This document shows positions 27,441 to 40,900 of a stretch of 64,000 nt of DNA, one piece after another. The notes beneath the pieces are model-generated. The model was not told where the DNA came from. It did not search any database and saw nothing but the letters and a program-made list of their open reading frames with translations. Position numbers and translations under genes: made by a program. The stretch's first letter is position 1. Every line of letters begins with the position of its first letter. The stretch is from Anolis carolinensis (taxonomy: Eukaryota). The DNA lies in assembly GCF_035594765.1 (NCBI RefSeq), contig NC_085841.1:338777402-338841401 (forward strand). Direction: 5' to 3'.

Positions 27441-27530
27441 TCTCTGAGGATGCTTGCCATAGATGTGGGCGAAATGTCAGGAGAGAATACTTCTGGAACA
27501 TGGCCATACAGCCCAGAAAACACACAACAA
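27441..27530 (+). mobile_element. Penelope-like element terminal fragment with hammerhead core
   Basis: ctgaggatgcttgccatagatgtgggcgaaatgtcaggagagaat..catacagccc; homologous to 47912-48000. Confidence 0.75.
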
Positions 27531-28115
27531 CGCTACCCTGAAACCTACTTTAAAAGCCATTTGGTCATCTTGAACTATCAAGGTCAGTGCTGCCGCTGAG
27601 TTCTGCAGGATAATGTGGCCACTTCCCTCCTGCTAACAAGAGAAGCTGGAATCAAAATCTGTAATAGGACTCCATGGGGGCTCCGTTTCCACTCCTCATT
27701 ATATGACTTATTGATGGAAGGGGTCATTCACATTGCCCCTCTTAGCAGCAGGGGCACCTCTATCACTTGGGATGGTTGACATACTTTTCAGGCGGGGTTC
27801 AGGGGTCAGAGAGGAAGATAAAGCATAGCCACAATATCATGGCTACATGTTCGATTCAGGATCTCAGCCAGGCTTTGGTAGTCTCAAACAGAGCAGATCT
27901 ATCAAATCAGTGGAATTTATGGAAGTGCTGACTGACTCAATAGTCTGTGGGATTTAGCAGATCGCTTCCTTTTCAGAGTAACCCTTGGATTTAGGACTTT
28001 CATTTGGGCAGGAGGAAAATACTATTTCAAATGTTCATTTACCAAGCTCAAAAAAAATTATAATTTTAAATTGGTAAAGAAACCTCAGCCAGAAGGTGCC
28101 CATCAGTTATAGATA

Positions 28116-28535
28116 CCCTGTTTCCCTGAAAATAAGACATGCCCGAAAAATAAGACCTAGTAGAAGTTTTGCTGAATTGCTAAATATAAGACATCCCCCA
28201 AAAGTAAGACCTAGCAAAGGTTTTGTTTGGTAGCATGGCCAGCGCCTGCCAAACAGAACACCAGAGCATGCAGGATTGGTAAATGTACGTACCAGTTGTA
28301 CATGGAAATAATTGTAGTAACAAGAATTTTTTGATAGGATTCACAATTTGTCTGGTTATGCTGGTTTGTGATGACAACTATCGTACAGTAAATAATAAAT
28401 GTTCATTTTTTTGTTCAACAATAAATGTGAATTCTTCTTCATGGAAAAATAAGACATCCCCTGAAAATAAGACCTAGAGCATCTTTGGGAGCAAAAATTA
28501 ATATAAGACACTGTCTTATTTTCGGGGAAACACGG
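28116..28535. mobile_element. Tc1/mariner (pogo/Tigger-like) MITE family C
   Basis: TA TSD; TIR CC(C/G)TGTTTCCC(T/C)GAAAATAAGAC; repeated internal TAAGAC motifs. Confidence 0.88.
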
Positions 28536-30481
28536 TAGATACAGGGTTCCAAAGATGGCTGTGTCTTCTAGAGATAGCAGCATTCAGAGCAAGACTTCTT
28601 CAGGGAATGCTCATATAGTCCAATGCACCAGAAAGTTAATAAAACCTTGAGTTTCTGCCTCTCCAATATTTCCAGCATAGGCTATATATGAAGTTTTCAG
28701 GACTCAGCCCAAACACGCAGCATGATCTCACATACTGCAGTGGCTGCTGCCATTGAATAATCATTGCTACGTCTTACAGCTCTGTCAAAATAACAGGAAG
28801 ATACATGAGCAGATTAATGTGTCTGTCACCAAATATGTATGTTTAAAGCAACCTGAATGATGTGTTGTAGGATTAATTCATGAAAATCAATACAGTCTCA
28901 TTGATTTTACTGCGGGGGCTTCGTTGCCTGGATGTAAGCATATTGTGTTTAAAGACATGTGTTCTGTTATGCTTTTAGAGACATTACTCATGTGTTCTTC
29001 ATTTGTCTTTCATTACCAGGATCTTTATTCTTTGTAAAAAAAACTTCATTGAATTACAATATTTTGAGATTTTTTAATGTATTAAATCTTTGTCTTTGAA
29101 ATGGATTTTATGGGACTATTTGTCTGGAATTTTTCACACCAGACTGCTGTAGGAGAATAGACATAAACAAAGCCAGCAAGATGTGGAGGAAGGGTTTTTT
29201 TCGTGCCGTTGCTGTTCTTTGTCATTGTAATTCCAAGTTTCTTGCACCAAAACAACATCCATTTGTCAGTCCAAATAATGGCACTGTTTGGTTTTTTTCC
29301 CTACTGCAAAATATCTCTTTTGCATGTATTCTGGTTGAGAGGCCTAGGAGTTTGCATTGGATAGATTCCAGATATGTCTATTATCAATCAATCAATACAT
29401 GTATTGTGCTAGCCAACAAGCATGACAAAGAGTTATAAAGATAACAGAACATTCAAGATACAAAAGTACTAATGATAGTAACCCAAGTTATTACCAAGCT
29501 CATATAAAGAATAAAAACATTTCAATTTATAAATAAATTTCTAACATGAAATTCAAATTAATACTTTGAGTCTCCATGGCAATTCGTGGCATGTGGTTCT
29601 CAAAGGAATACTCTCCCCAGTCTCACTCATTTCCTATTGAGAAGGTGAAAACAAAGTGTAAATGATAACATTACAATTCTGCTAGCATGGTACTAACATA
29701 ATTGTAAGTAGGACTGTAAATCCTACTTCTCTAGCAAGACAAGAGCTAGTGTGAAAGCTCTATATGATGTGCATGCAAAGCTATCTTTACAAAAACAGAA
29801 AAATAGCATACATTTAAGATAAATACATCAACAATCGATTTGCTTCTTAATGCATTGGATCTCATTACATTGTTTAATTCTAGTGTGGAAAAGTACCATG
29901 GACAGCTCCAAGCCAGTTTCCATTCAGCTGCACCAAAAACAAGGGTTTCCTTACATCTAAAGCTCTGAAAATACTCTGGTCTTTGTTCTCATACACTAGC
30001 AGTACAATTAGCTATCATGACATTTTAACCATGCAACTAATTGTCATGCCATATTAATTGCCCACGTTTTGTTCATGCAGCTACTCCAAATAAAAAACCA
30101 CAACACATTCCTGGCATAATATAGTATGCCCCCTAATAGTTTTAACAGATGCACCAGTCCCATGATACCTATTAACATTTTTTTCAATGGCAAAAGATGT
30201 CACATTTGATGACAAGCAAAGAATAATTAATTAAACAGCTGGATAGAAAGCCATGGTGAAGCAGTGCTCGCATATTTAAACCAATGACTAGCAAATAAAA
30301 ACTTTCCTATGTATTCAGGAATATGGAGGTGTGAATGTTTAAAGATTTGGTTTTATGAAATAAGGAATGGAATTTGGGCATGGTTTTTAACCTGTTGTTA
30401 ACCTTGTTTTATTTATATTGTGTAACTTATCATTATTTTTATGTGATTTGTTTTTTGTTGAATGTTCTGTACTGTCTAGTT

Positions 30482-31081
30482 CAGTGGTTCCCAACCTGTG
30501 GTCCATGGACCACCTGTGGTCCCCAAGAACTAAAATATGACCCATGGCCTCATCATTATGTCACCGTTGCAACAAGAGCAACTGGTCTTGTGAAACCCTC
30601 TTAAAGTGCTGAGGCAACAGGGATGTTGAGAGGGGGGAGGCTGACTACCTACAAAAGGCATCACAACAAACATCCTGACTGTTGCTTCTCCTCCTCCTTT
30701 CTCCCCCTGAGCGGAGCCATTCTATGTAGTGCCTGGAAATGGGGGCAGCTTGATGTCTTCATTTTTAGACCTGTTCCTGGGGTTATTTGGGGTGCTTATT
30801 CAGAAAATTGCATTGGATAGACCACATCGGTTCTAGATTATTAAATATGGTTTTCTGTGAGCGAGCAGATGGCAACTACTGGATGGCATATGTTCTGTAT
30901 CAGAATCTAGAGCTGATATGATCTATCCAATGCAATTTTCTGAATCAGCACCCTAATAACCAAACTGAATCTAAAGTTGACAAAAAACTGATTCGGTACT
31001 AATGTTGGAGAGTGGACACTAGTCAAAGTGGTCCCCGGTCAAGTGGTCCCTGATCCAAAAAAAAGAGGTTGGGAAACACTG
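30482..31081. mobile_element. hAT non-autonomous transposon inserted in an L2 3' end
   Basis: TIR CAGTGGTTCCCAACCT / AGGTTGGGAAACACTG; 8-bp TSD GTCTAGTT / GTCTATTT. The L2 tail continues to about 31210. Confidence 0.88.
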
Positions 31082-31931
31082 GTCTATTTGAATTGTTTAG
31101 TTTATCATTGAATTGTACAGCATTGTATGTTTGCCTTTTATGTTGTGAGTTGCCCTGAGTCCTCATGGGGAGATAGGGCAGGACAGAAATAAAGTTTTAC
31201 TTACTTACTAAATATTTTATAACCACATTGACACACATTAGGTTATGGTTGATTCTATGAACATGGAGATACTATTATTATTTCTTAACTCTAAGTTAAT
31301 TAAACTTCTCTTAATATGTAGGAAAGGTACAAATATTGAGATGAGAGCAATATCCAAACATATTTTCATTTATTTAATTATTTGTTTGGCTATTTTATTG
31401 GCCAAACCTTCCCCTCCACCCTGAAAATTTGCATTCTTTAGAGAGTCCCCAAAATCTTAAAAATCAATTTCCTAAAACTGTGTTGACAATATAGTAGAGA
31501 AGAATTATAGTATTCTCTTTGTTGTTGCTTTAAAAATATATATTGATTACAAGCATGGACTTTTTAAATCAAAGGCAAAATACAGAACAGAGCCAAGTTT
31601 TACTGTCCTCTTGTCCCTGTGTTCAGCTATTCATTATCAGATAGCCTGTCTATACCAGCAAGACACTCCATTAAAGTGCTGTAGAGAAACGACATCATTA
31701 TTGATGGAATAATAGCACCAGAAGAATAGCAGAAATTTAGGACAGGCCTTGAGACCGAGAAACTGCAAAACTGCCAACTATCAATCACAGATGATTCATG
31801 ATCATATTGAATGGTCTTTAGAATTATTCTGTTGGGAAGCAAGAACTAAAGGATTGATGATAAGAGCAAAAAATATCCTTTAAATATCAGTCATCTGCAG
31901 GGCTGTAACCTGGTGTGCTTTGCATGAATTC

Positions 31932-31932
<1 letters not shown>

Positions 31933-31987
<55 letters not shown>

Positions 31988-32013
31988 TATCTATCTATTT
32001 ATCTATCTATCTA
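31933..32013. repeat. (TTTC)n-(TATC)n compound microsatellite
   Basis: Seen directly in the sequence. Confidence 0.95.
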
Positions 32014-33127
32014 CATTTTAATTTTTTTGAGTTTAGGAAACATGTTGTGACAGCCCCCAAGATCAAGAGCACCAACTACTCAGACACGGCATTTTTCCTA
32101 TTGCTCATGATGGAAAAGAAGACCGGTGGCATCATAAAATAATTGAGCATTCGGAATGTACTGGCAGATTCTGCAGAATTTTAAAAATGGTCTCTTGTGC
32201 TTTTGCTTGTAATTATGATGTCTTTTCTAGACCAATTTCTCACTGTAAGTAAGTAGGAATGGAGGAATCCTCCTGTTTCACTTTCTATAAAGTTTTCTTT
32301 CTCTCTCTTCACACATTACAAGCACAGATTAATTTCATCTAATTTATTTGCATGAGTTTGTGAATCTTTGAAAAATCTGCATGAAAATACATGTACATGT
32401 TTTCATATGTACAAATACTTATTCACATTTTAACACAAACATTTTTGTAAGCAATTTTGCCTTACATATACTTTGTTGTATGCTATTTTCCCCAAAGTAC
32501 CAAATTCAGTATGTAGTATTTTTATCAGGGAACATCATTACAAAATACGGAAATTTGAAGAAAAAATGCAAAGAGTAATAAATGTTAATGATTTGCATAA
32601 CTGTTAATGAGGCATGAATTAGGTCCATTTATATTTCAATATCCATCAAGCAAATACATACACCATTTCCAGAGTGAAATGATTCTTCACTTCACTTAAA
32701 ACTTTATGCCAAAATGCAGTTACTATACTATTTCTTATACTAAAAGTGAAACGTTTCCAGCATGTAATATGAAGGATATTGAAGGAGGATAAATATTTAA
32801 ACATCTAGAAAGCAGAGTACCTATAAGAGGAAGATAGAGCCACAATAGAAAATTCAATGCAGGACTGGCATAGAAAACCACATATTATGTGAGATTAAAT
32901 AAATATATGCAGCAAAAATAAAAAATAAAATATTGAACAGTGATACCGATCAAAGAATAAAGCATGAACAACAGAGGAAAATGAAAAAAGGGGATATTTA
33001 TTTATTACTTCAATTAGAGAATAATGTCTAAAACAAACTTATACCAGGTAGGAAAAAAACAAGGAGAACAGCAGAGTGTGAGCCAGTGTGATGGTTAGGA
33101 TACTGTTGAGAGTCATGGTGCGCTACC

Positions 33128-33520
33128 AACTGTTAGCCCTAGCTTCTGCCAATCTAGCAGTTTGAAAGCATGCAATGCGAGTAAATCAATAGATACTGCC
33201 TCAGTGGGAAGGTAAAGGGGCACCCCATGCAGACATGCAGATATGCCAGCAAAACACTATTGGAGATGTCTATGGACAATAGACTCTTTGGCATGGAAAA
33301 TGGAACAAGAGGACCTCCCCATGGCCGGTGTTGAGCATCGCCTCAACTCGCCGGAGATTAAAAAGAGGAAAGTCTTTGTGTGCGTGTATTGTATGTCATT
33401 GTTGTGTGAAAGGCATTGAATGTTTGACTTATATGTATACTGTAATCCACTCTGAGTCCCCCCGGGGAGATAAAGCGGAATATAAATAAAGTACATTATT
33501 TTTTATTAGTATTATTTTAT
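33128..33520 (+). mobile_element. Sauria-SINE-body SINE with L2-type tail (Anolis SINE2-like), 5'-truncated
   Basis: ctgttagccctagcttctgccaa..gtaaatcaatag body followed by an L2-type ggcattgaatg..ctgagtcccc..gcggaatataaataaa terminus. Confidence 0.75.
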
Positions 33521-34924
33521 TGCATCACACAGCTGGATTTTGTATTATTATGATTAGTAGTAGTAGTAGTATTCCTAGACTACTTTTTCTGCTCCTAAAA
33601 TTCCCTCTTTCCCTTTCTAGAAAATGGTCAAGTAGCCATCTATAATATGAAACAATGGTCTCTAGGACATTTTAACTGCAACTCTGTTCACTTAGAAATG
33701 CATTGGGGATATGTATAACTACAGAGAAAACATTAGATCTCATTCTAGATCATACATGCATAAGTCTGAACAACAGTGCCTAAACCCAAAGCCAGTAAGC
33801 TCAAACATGCCAAGTATCTCTTTTATGTAACTCTTCTGTTCTTAAGTTTGATTCTCCCTGGGTGACTTTCAAAAGTGATGTGCTGCTAAGAGGTAAAGGT
33901 CAATCTGCTCTGTATTGATGCTACAAAGTTTGTAGTGATCTCTCAGACAAAGTTAAGAGAATGTGAGTGGGATATATCTGTATAAGGATTATCTCTTTCC
34001 CCTACCAGACAAAAAACCAAAAGAAAACATAACTTGGCAAATTTTTCATTCAAGCACCATAGCATCGTCAAAAATAAGAAAATAAAAGAGATAACTCCAT
34101 CTGCACATAAGCATGCCTGCACAGAACTTTGTTCCTCAGCAGAATGTTTTCACTCAGAATATGAAAGTCATGCCTCAACTGTACTTGGTCCAAGGTGATC
34201 CTCCAGGTTCACTGACTGAAAGCAATACAGAGCAGGACAGTGTAGAGATCATATATGACTTCATGACAGATCATATTTTGAAGATCTCAGGTTCAGTATC
34301 TGGCACCTGCAATTCCAAAGGATCAGGCAGCAGAGAGCTGGAGAAATGTATAGCCCTCAAAATGTTACCATGACGAAGCAGACCACACAAATTCAGCCTT
34401 ATCTTGTGCAAAACTATAAAAGCACCAAAAGGCTCATCATTAAGACTGCCAAGATATTGATCTGTTCAAATTTTCCTCTCAGACAGTTGTCCATTCCCTT
34501 TAAGAAACACCTGAGGGATTTGTTGGGGGTCCTTTCTTTTCTTGTAGACAGGCTTACAAGTCTCCTTCTCTTGAAAGATAGTTTGGTGAATTATTCCAGA
34601 GAACCCAATGAGTATAGTGACTATTATTTTAAAGTGTATAATTCACTATTTCTGAACTTCTCCCCACTTGGTTCTTTAATAAACATATTAAACAGGGTCT
34701 GAGGTTTGGTGTTGCAGAAGTACCAGTGTATCACAGACTCCTCCAAAGAACTCCAACCAGCATGGCCAAATGTAGTCCAGGGAGAGATGTAGCAGACATT
34801 GACAGGGCAACAAATTTCCTAACCTGAAGTAGCTCAGCCAATCATGCATCTTGGCACATGGGGTCAAGTAGTCTGGCAGGATTTAAAGCAGCCTGATAAC
34901 CTTTAGCTCAGAAAGCTAAAAGGA

Positions 34925-35097
34925 TGTTGTTGCTGACTTATGGCAACCCTAAGATAAATATATCACAGGGTTTTCTGAGGCTAAGAGTGTGTTACTTGCC
35001 CAAGGTCACCCAGTGGGTTTCCATGGCTGAGTGGGGCATTGAACCTTGGACTCCAGAGTCGTAGTCTAAAAACCCAAACCACAGCATCATGCTAGCT
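34925..35097 (-). mobile_element. Old tRNA-derived (MIR/CORE-like) SINE
   Basis: acttgcccaaggtcacccag core and B-box-like ttgaacc; related copy at about 56553-56740. Confidence 0.65.
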
Positions 35098-37223
35098 GTA
35101 AAAGCAAAGGAAGACCAGCAATTTAACAAGTGCCATTTCAGAAGAGAACCTAATGTAATTTAGACAGTCCATATACAGCTTGTTATTTAAGTAATGATCC
35201 AGACACAAGCCATTTCCTGGGGATTAATGATCAAATTCAAATGCCTAGGTGATCAAAAGGAAAGTAAATCTGTAGGAAATATCCTGCTGCTTAGTCTTTA
35301 TTATACACTAAGTACAGGAACCAACAATCTCAATGGCATGCCTTAATTTCTTGGGAAGATTTTCCCTGTGAAGCCAGGTCTTTGGTTAAAGGAAGCTGAT
35401 TTAACAACACCTATAAAAATAGACACTTTTAAGTCTCAAAAATTATATATGTATTACCAACACAATTGGTAGAACCTGAGTCTATTAGGTTCAGATAACA
35501 GTTTGACCTGGAAATGGGGGGCTCAGTGGGGAACATTGACCGCACATATTTGCACATAGTTCTTGAAGAAAGAATGACGTGAAATGATAGAAGACAGTTG
35601 GTGGAGCTGTGAAAGAGTGGTGACAGAGGCCCTGGGACTTTTCACATGCAATTCATGTGCTTAACTCTTACAGAAACCAAAGTACACTATTCAAAGTGGT
35701 GATCTCTGGACTAGTGCCAGTCTCTGAGCCATTGGCTGACAGTCACTGGCAAATATCCAAGAAAGAAAGAAATAATTGTATCCAATGGGATCAAGTGTAG
35801 TGTCAATCCCTTCACATTGGAAAAAATAATAATTGCCAGTCCTCTAATCAGACAGCTTGAGAAGCACCGCTCAAGGAAAACCTTGTTGTGAATATATCCT
35901 CTACTTCATATTTTGTTGCCATTATCCTGACAATTTGGCATGACTTTCTGGAAGAAGCAACCTGTTACATTGCAACCATTGTAACTTAGGCTGTGGGCAA
36001 GCTGTGTTCATGCTGTCTCTTTAGAATAGAGCTGTTCTCTGTTACTGCAAAAACATACAAATGCTTCTCATTACCATGACTCCACCTAGCAGGCAAGCTC
36101 ACAGATACCACTGGATTGATCAGTCAAGAAATCTGTCCAAATTTTGAATCATCCTCACCCTCTAGGCTGGACAACAGACCCAGCTGTTGCTACCTGTTTG
36201 AGCCTCCATAAGGAGCAGGGAACCTGTGAGCTTTCACATTTTATTGAACTCCAGCTCCCCTTAAGCCTGTTTAATGATGGTGGATGAGGGAAGTAGTTGT
36301 TCTCCAACATCTGGAGGGCCACAGGCTCTCCATCCATGTCCTACAGCGAATGTTTGTTCTTAATAATACTAACGAATTGCCCTTTGCTGTACTGTTCTTG
36401 CCATATGCAGCCAACTCATTTGCATACATTCAAGTAACCAGGAACTCCCAGAACTATTTTTTCAATCCACAGAGCTTAGAGGGGTTTTTTTTGTTCTGAT
36501 CCATCCCAGGTCCAGCTTTTGAACCGCTGGTGTATTTAAACACTGTTTTTTACCCTGTACCTGTAATGAAGGTTGGGCAACAGGTGTTCTTTCCTTTTGC
36601 CTGGGTATCCCACATTGGGGAAGATGTATAGCATTTCATTCCCAGTGAGAACATTTGTAGCATTTCATGAAAAGAATATTTGTAGCATTTCATTCCAAGT
36701 GAGAATTTTGCATAATTTTCTTCAGATATTCTAATGACCTAAAGTGCTGCAGTGGAATTTTTATGTGGAGTATTTACTTGGTGCTGTTTTGTGTGTAGAA
36801 AATCCATTTGCTGCACAGAAAACAAAGAGGGTTTTTTGCATACAAACCCTCACATGCCTTGCTTTGCTGAGCATTTCTTCTGCAACACTTTTGTGTAAAT
36901 GGAAACTGCTGCAGAGGAATGTTGTTTTATCCTTCTAGTCAAGATTCAGTTAATGTAGAATGTTGATTGTCAAGGAGAACTAGATGTACTAGACAGAAAA
37001 CCTGAGAAATATGACCACAAACCTCACTGTGCCCACTCAAAAATGTATTAATCAACCATGTCTACCACATAATATTGGTAGCCAGGGGTTACTTAAATTG
37101 AAGGAAATTGATCAAGAAGAGAAAAGATGCTTGAGTGAATAGAGAAAACACAGCAAAGAAAAACTTTTCGGATGCAAAGAGAGAGTATATTGAACACTAA
37201 AGAAACAAAAATGAAAATGTATT

Positions 37224-37311
37224 ATCGAAGGTTTTCATGGCTGGAATCACTGGGTTGCTGTGGGTTTTTTTGGAACATGGGCATACAGCCCGAAAAACTC
37301 ACAGCAACCCA
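37224..37311. mobile_element. Penelope-like inverted terminal fragments
   Basis: tgggttgctgtgggttttt ... aaaaactcacagcaaccca inverted pair; the same terminus as at about 47970-48000. Confidence 0.7.
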
Positions 37312-37329
37312 AAAAAGAAATTTTTAAGA

Positions 37330-37985
37330 AAAAACACCTTGAAGCCTGGCAAACAAACCACTACATGCTAAGTATATTAAAACCACAGATGAAAGGTCTA
37401 AGAGGGGTACTAGGAGGAAATGGTTATAGACTGGGATAGTGAAAAAAGAAACTGGAGTACTTATATTTGGAGAACAATAATAGATGCTTCAAACAAATTG
37501 CATCAAGGTAAAAACAAAAAAACTATAAATAGTAAATATTGTCTATTTAAAAAGATGAAGCCTTTGATCATCTAAGCTATTGTGCAGCAAAAATGTGCAG
37601 ATGGAATATACATTAGAAATGCCATTCAAAAGTGGCTATGATGATGAAGTGCATAGGTTCCATACACTGGAATCTATACAAAATATATTATACTATCTAG
37701 AGAGCAGAAATCTGAAAAGATTGCCAAAAATGATTGCATAAGAGTCCTTAGAGACTTTAAGATTAAAACGGATAAACAACCAAAACAGAATATGCTTGAC
37801 ATAACTATGGTTGATTAAAAAAAAGGAAACTTGGATTATAGATGTGACAAACCCAGGGAACTGCAGCATTGAAGACCAAAAAAAAAAAAGGGAAATGAAT
37901 TTGCAATATGGGGAACTATGAACAGAAATTCAGCACCTCTGGGGGGGGGGGGGAACCATGGTGGTTTGAGTAGTGATAGATGGAA
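37330..37985 (+). mobile_element. Degenerate R4/Dong-clade (RLE-type) LINE C-terminal region
   Basis: Frameshifted remnants of DFKIKTDK..PDITxV..WIIDVxxPG..KYxEL..EIQHLW (restriction-like endonuclease), preceded by a decayed zinc-knuckle region. Confidence 0.6.
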
Positions 37986-40900
37986 TCAATAGTAAATGGT
38001 TTGATAAAACATGAAATCATCATAGGTAGGATCACAGGAACACTTGTCATGATCATCATCACCACCAAAAACAATAAGTATCCAGTCTTGACATGCTGTT
38101 CCTTTTATGTGTGCTAGTACTTGTCCCTTAATGTATCCTACCCACACACGAAAGTAGATTTGTATTTTTTTCAACTTTACACATGTCTTTGAATTGTAAT
38201 AGTTCTTCAGGCCACCCAGCGGCATATCCAAAAATCTAATTCATAGTCAAAGACATTGTAATGATGGATATGTATATGGCCCCAGAGTTATGGCAACAGT
38301 CCAGAATACTATATTCCTGGAGTGCCCAAGATAATTGCCATGTATAGCAAACAGCAGGACCTTCCTGTTTTCAATTTGTACATGCCACAGATCTAACTCT
38401 TGGAAGATATATGACACTTGGGTATATTTGCCTGAGGAAGCTTCATTATTACAATATGCATATGATTGTCCAGGCAGTTGCCCTCTCTTTAATCACATGC
38501 GAAGAGCTAGTATGCTAAAAGACCAGATTTGGGATAGTATGTTGCTTCATGAACAGAGTTGTAAAGAAGACGCACAGGTCTTCTTATACTTGTCAAGACA
38601 ACTATAAAGACCCTATTGTGGTGGCTGTTGCGTAATATTAGAATGTAAATACTGGTGGGTGTTCAGCAATTATAATAGTCAATAAAATAAAATAATTTGA
38701 AAAATAACAGATTAAAAATGTGGAAAAATCTCACAGTTTTATCCAGTAAGGAAAACAACTATAAACATTGTGTTGTTGCAAATGGAAATGAAATCAAATG
38801 ATTTACTTCCCAAGTGAACTGTGTATATCTGTGTATATCTATGTACATGTGTGTTTGTGCCTTACAGTTGCCTGTCAACCTGAGAAGACTTCATACATAT
38901 AATATAGTTTTCTTAGTTAAGGAATATTCAGAGGTGGTCTTGCTAGTTCCTTCCTCTGAAATATGTACAGCAGCTGGACATTGGCAGTCTCCCATCCAAA
39001 TACTAACCAAAGCTGTCCTTTCTTAGCTTCTCCACAGGATCTGGTGCCATGTATATCAATACTACATTTATAGCCATTTGATAGCACTTCAGCTTATGGG
39101 AACCTGGGATTTGTAGTTTGGTATGGCATTTAAAGTGTTCTGCAAACATGGGTCAATGAGCAACCATCAGCAGTTAGGATGCCGCATTACCCACTGTACT
39201 GACCTTTGAATGCTACAGATCCCTGGGAAAAAGAATCAAATGTTGTTCCAAACTGTCCCCAGCATTTCCTAAGTGCATTGGGATATTTTTGGATGCTTTT
39301 GGCAATCTATAGGCAATTTTAGGCCCGGAAGAGTGACCCAGAGCAAAAGGTCTCTTCTGAACGTAAAATGGTCTAGAGAGGCTACAAATTTTGAGAAATT
39401 GCTATAAATTGGGAAGCAAAATAGGCGCTTTGTGTGGCTCTGAGGGTCTCATCTCTGGTTTAGGCATATCCTTCAACATCTCACAGTTGAAAACTGGGAC
39501 ACATGTGCGCAAGCAGCCTCAAAGTGTGTGCTCAAGAAACAAAAGATTTTTAATTAGGAACAATACACAAGTCTATCCCTTCCTTAAACTATAAGTCTCT
39601 TCCTGTCTCCTTGGTTGCACATATAGTGCCATGTGAATCTCTGTGTGACGTAGTCCTATCCAAGCTGGCCTAGGTCTTGAATGCCTGCCACTCTCACCTT
39701 GCCCTATAGACCCTTCTCAATTCCTCCTTGGATTTGGGTCTTGGACCTTCAGGTGACTTTGGTTTAGACAAATTTATTTTATCGTTAGTTCATTTAATGG
39801 TAAGTATGATATTGTAGGGTCCAATCTTAAGGAACTGAATAAGGTTTAACAAAACAACTTCCCCTCACAAAATCATGTTTGCAGCCAGCACAATTTCACA
39901 ATAAATGTCTCATCTGGAAGCACCCATAATCAACACACATGAACTTGTCCTGTGGAATACCTTATTGGTCTCCCAAAGAAACCTTTATGATAGTGCATCT
40001 GGAACTCCTATTACCACATGACCAGCCAGTTTCCAGTTTCCCCACCAAACGGCACCCATGAATTATATTTTAAGTAACTTCCACTCTGCTACTGCAGTAG
40101 AACTACTGCAATGATAAATAATTAAGATGAACACATTCTGCTGTTTATTCATGGCTACCTGAATAGAGTGTTTTCCTGGGTCTTTATGTAGTTGTGAAGA
40201 GCATTTCTTTCTGTTTAAAACATCTCCCACATTATTACATGAGTCTGCAGTGAATTTCTATGTCAGTCAGGTGGTGGAGGCCAAATCCATTAACGATTTC
40301 CCAAATGCATTTACTCTTGTTTCTGTGGCTAGGCATTTTCACCTAGCAGGCAAAGACAATCCTCAGCCAGTGGGAAGCCAGAAGCAATCTGTAGCTGCTT
40401 GGCAGGCAGAAAAACATCTATTATTGTGTCCTCTGTTCTTTAGGAAGTCATCTGTTACTTTCCTTTTACTTGGGATAATCCCAGGTACTTTAAAAAGCTG
40501 GAAGGTAAAGAGTAGAAATTAAATGCCCAGAGGATGCTGGGAATTTATAGGAAAGTTTCCTTATTTTAAATATACACGTTACTATTATATTAATAATGTC
40601 AGGTAGTTAATTTTCTCAACCTAGCTCACACTCTTTCAAAACATGCAAGTCCCAGACTCACCTGGGTCCTTGTATACAAGATGTAGATGAAAACATGGCG
40701 ACTTCCTTGCAAGGAAATGTGGCTTACTTCCAGGGGCATCAATCACTGTGTCATTGTTTTCCATGGACCAGCCAATCAGAGGTTTAGTTGGCCCAGCTGA
40801 GGGGATGGGACTTCCCAAACAGATGTCAGAAGGGAAGGTTTCCTCTTTGGTCCACTTGAGAAATATGAAATCACTCCTGCTCAATCTGCCACACTTATTT

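Noticed and set aside
28116-28535. Repeated TAAGAC units as a CRISPR-like array
   Set aside because: These are irregular subterminal repeats of a TA-flanked MITE in a vertebrate genome, with no cas genes.
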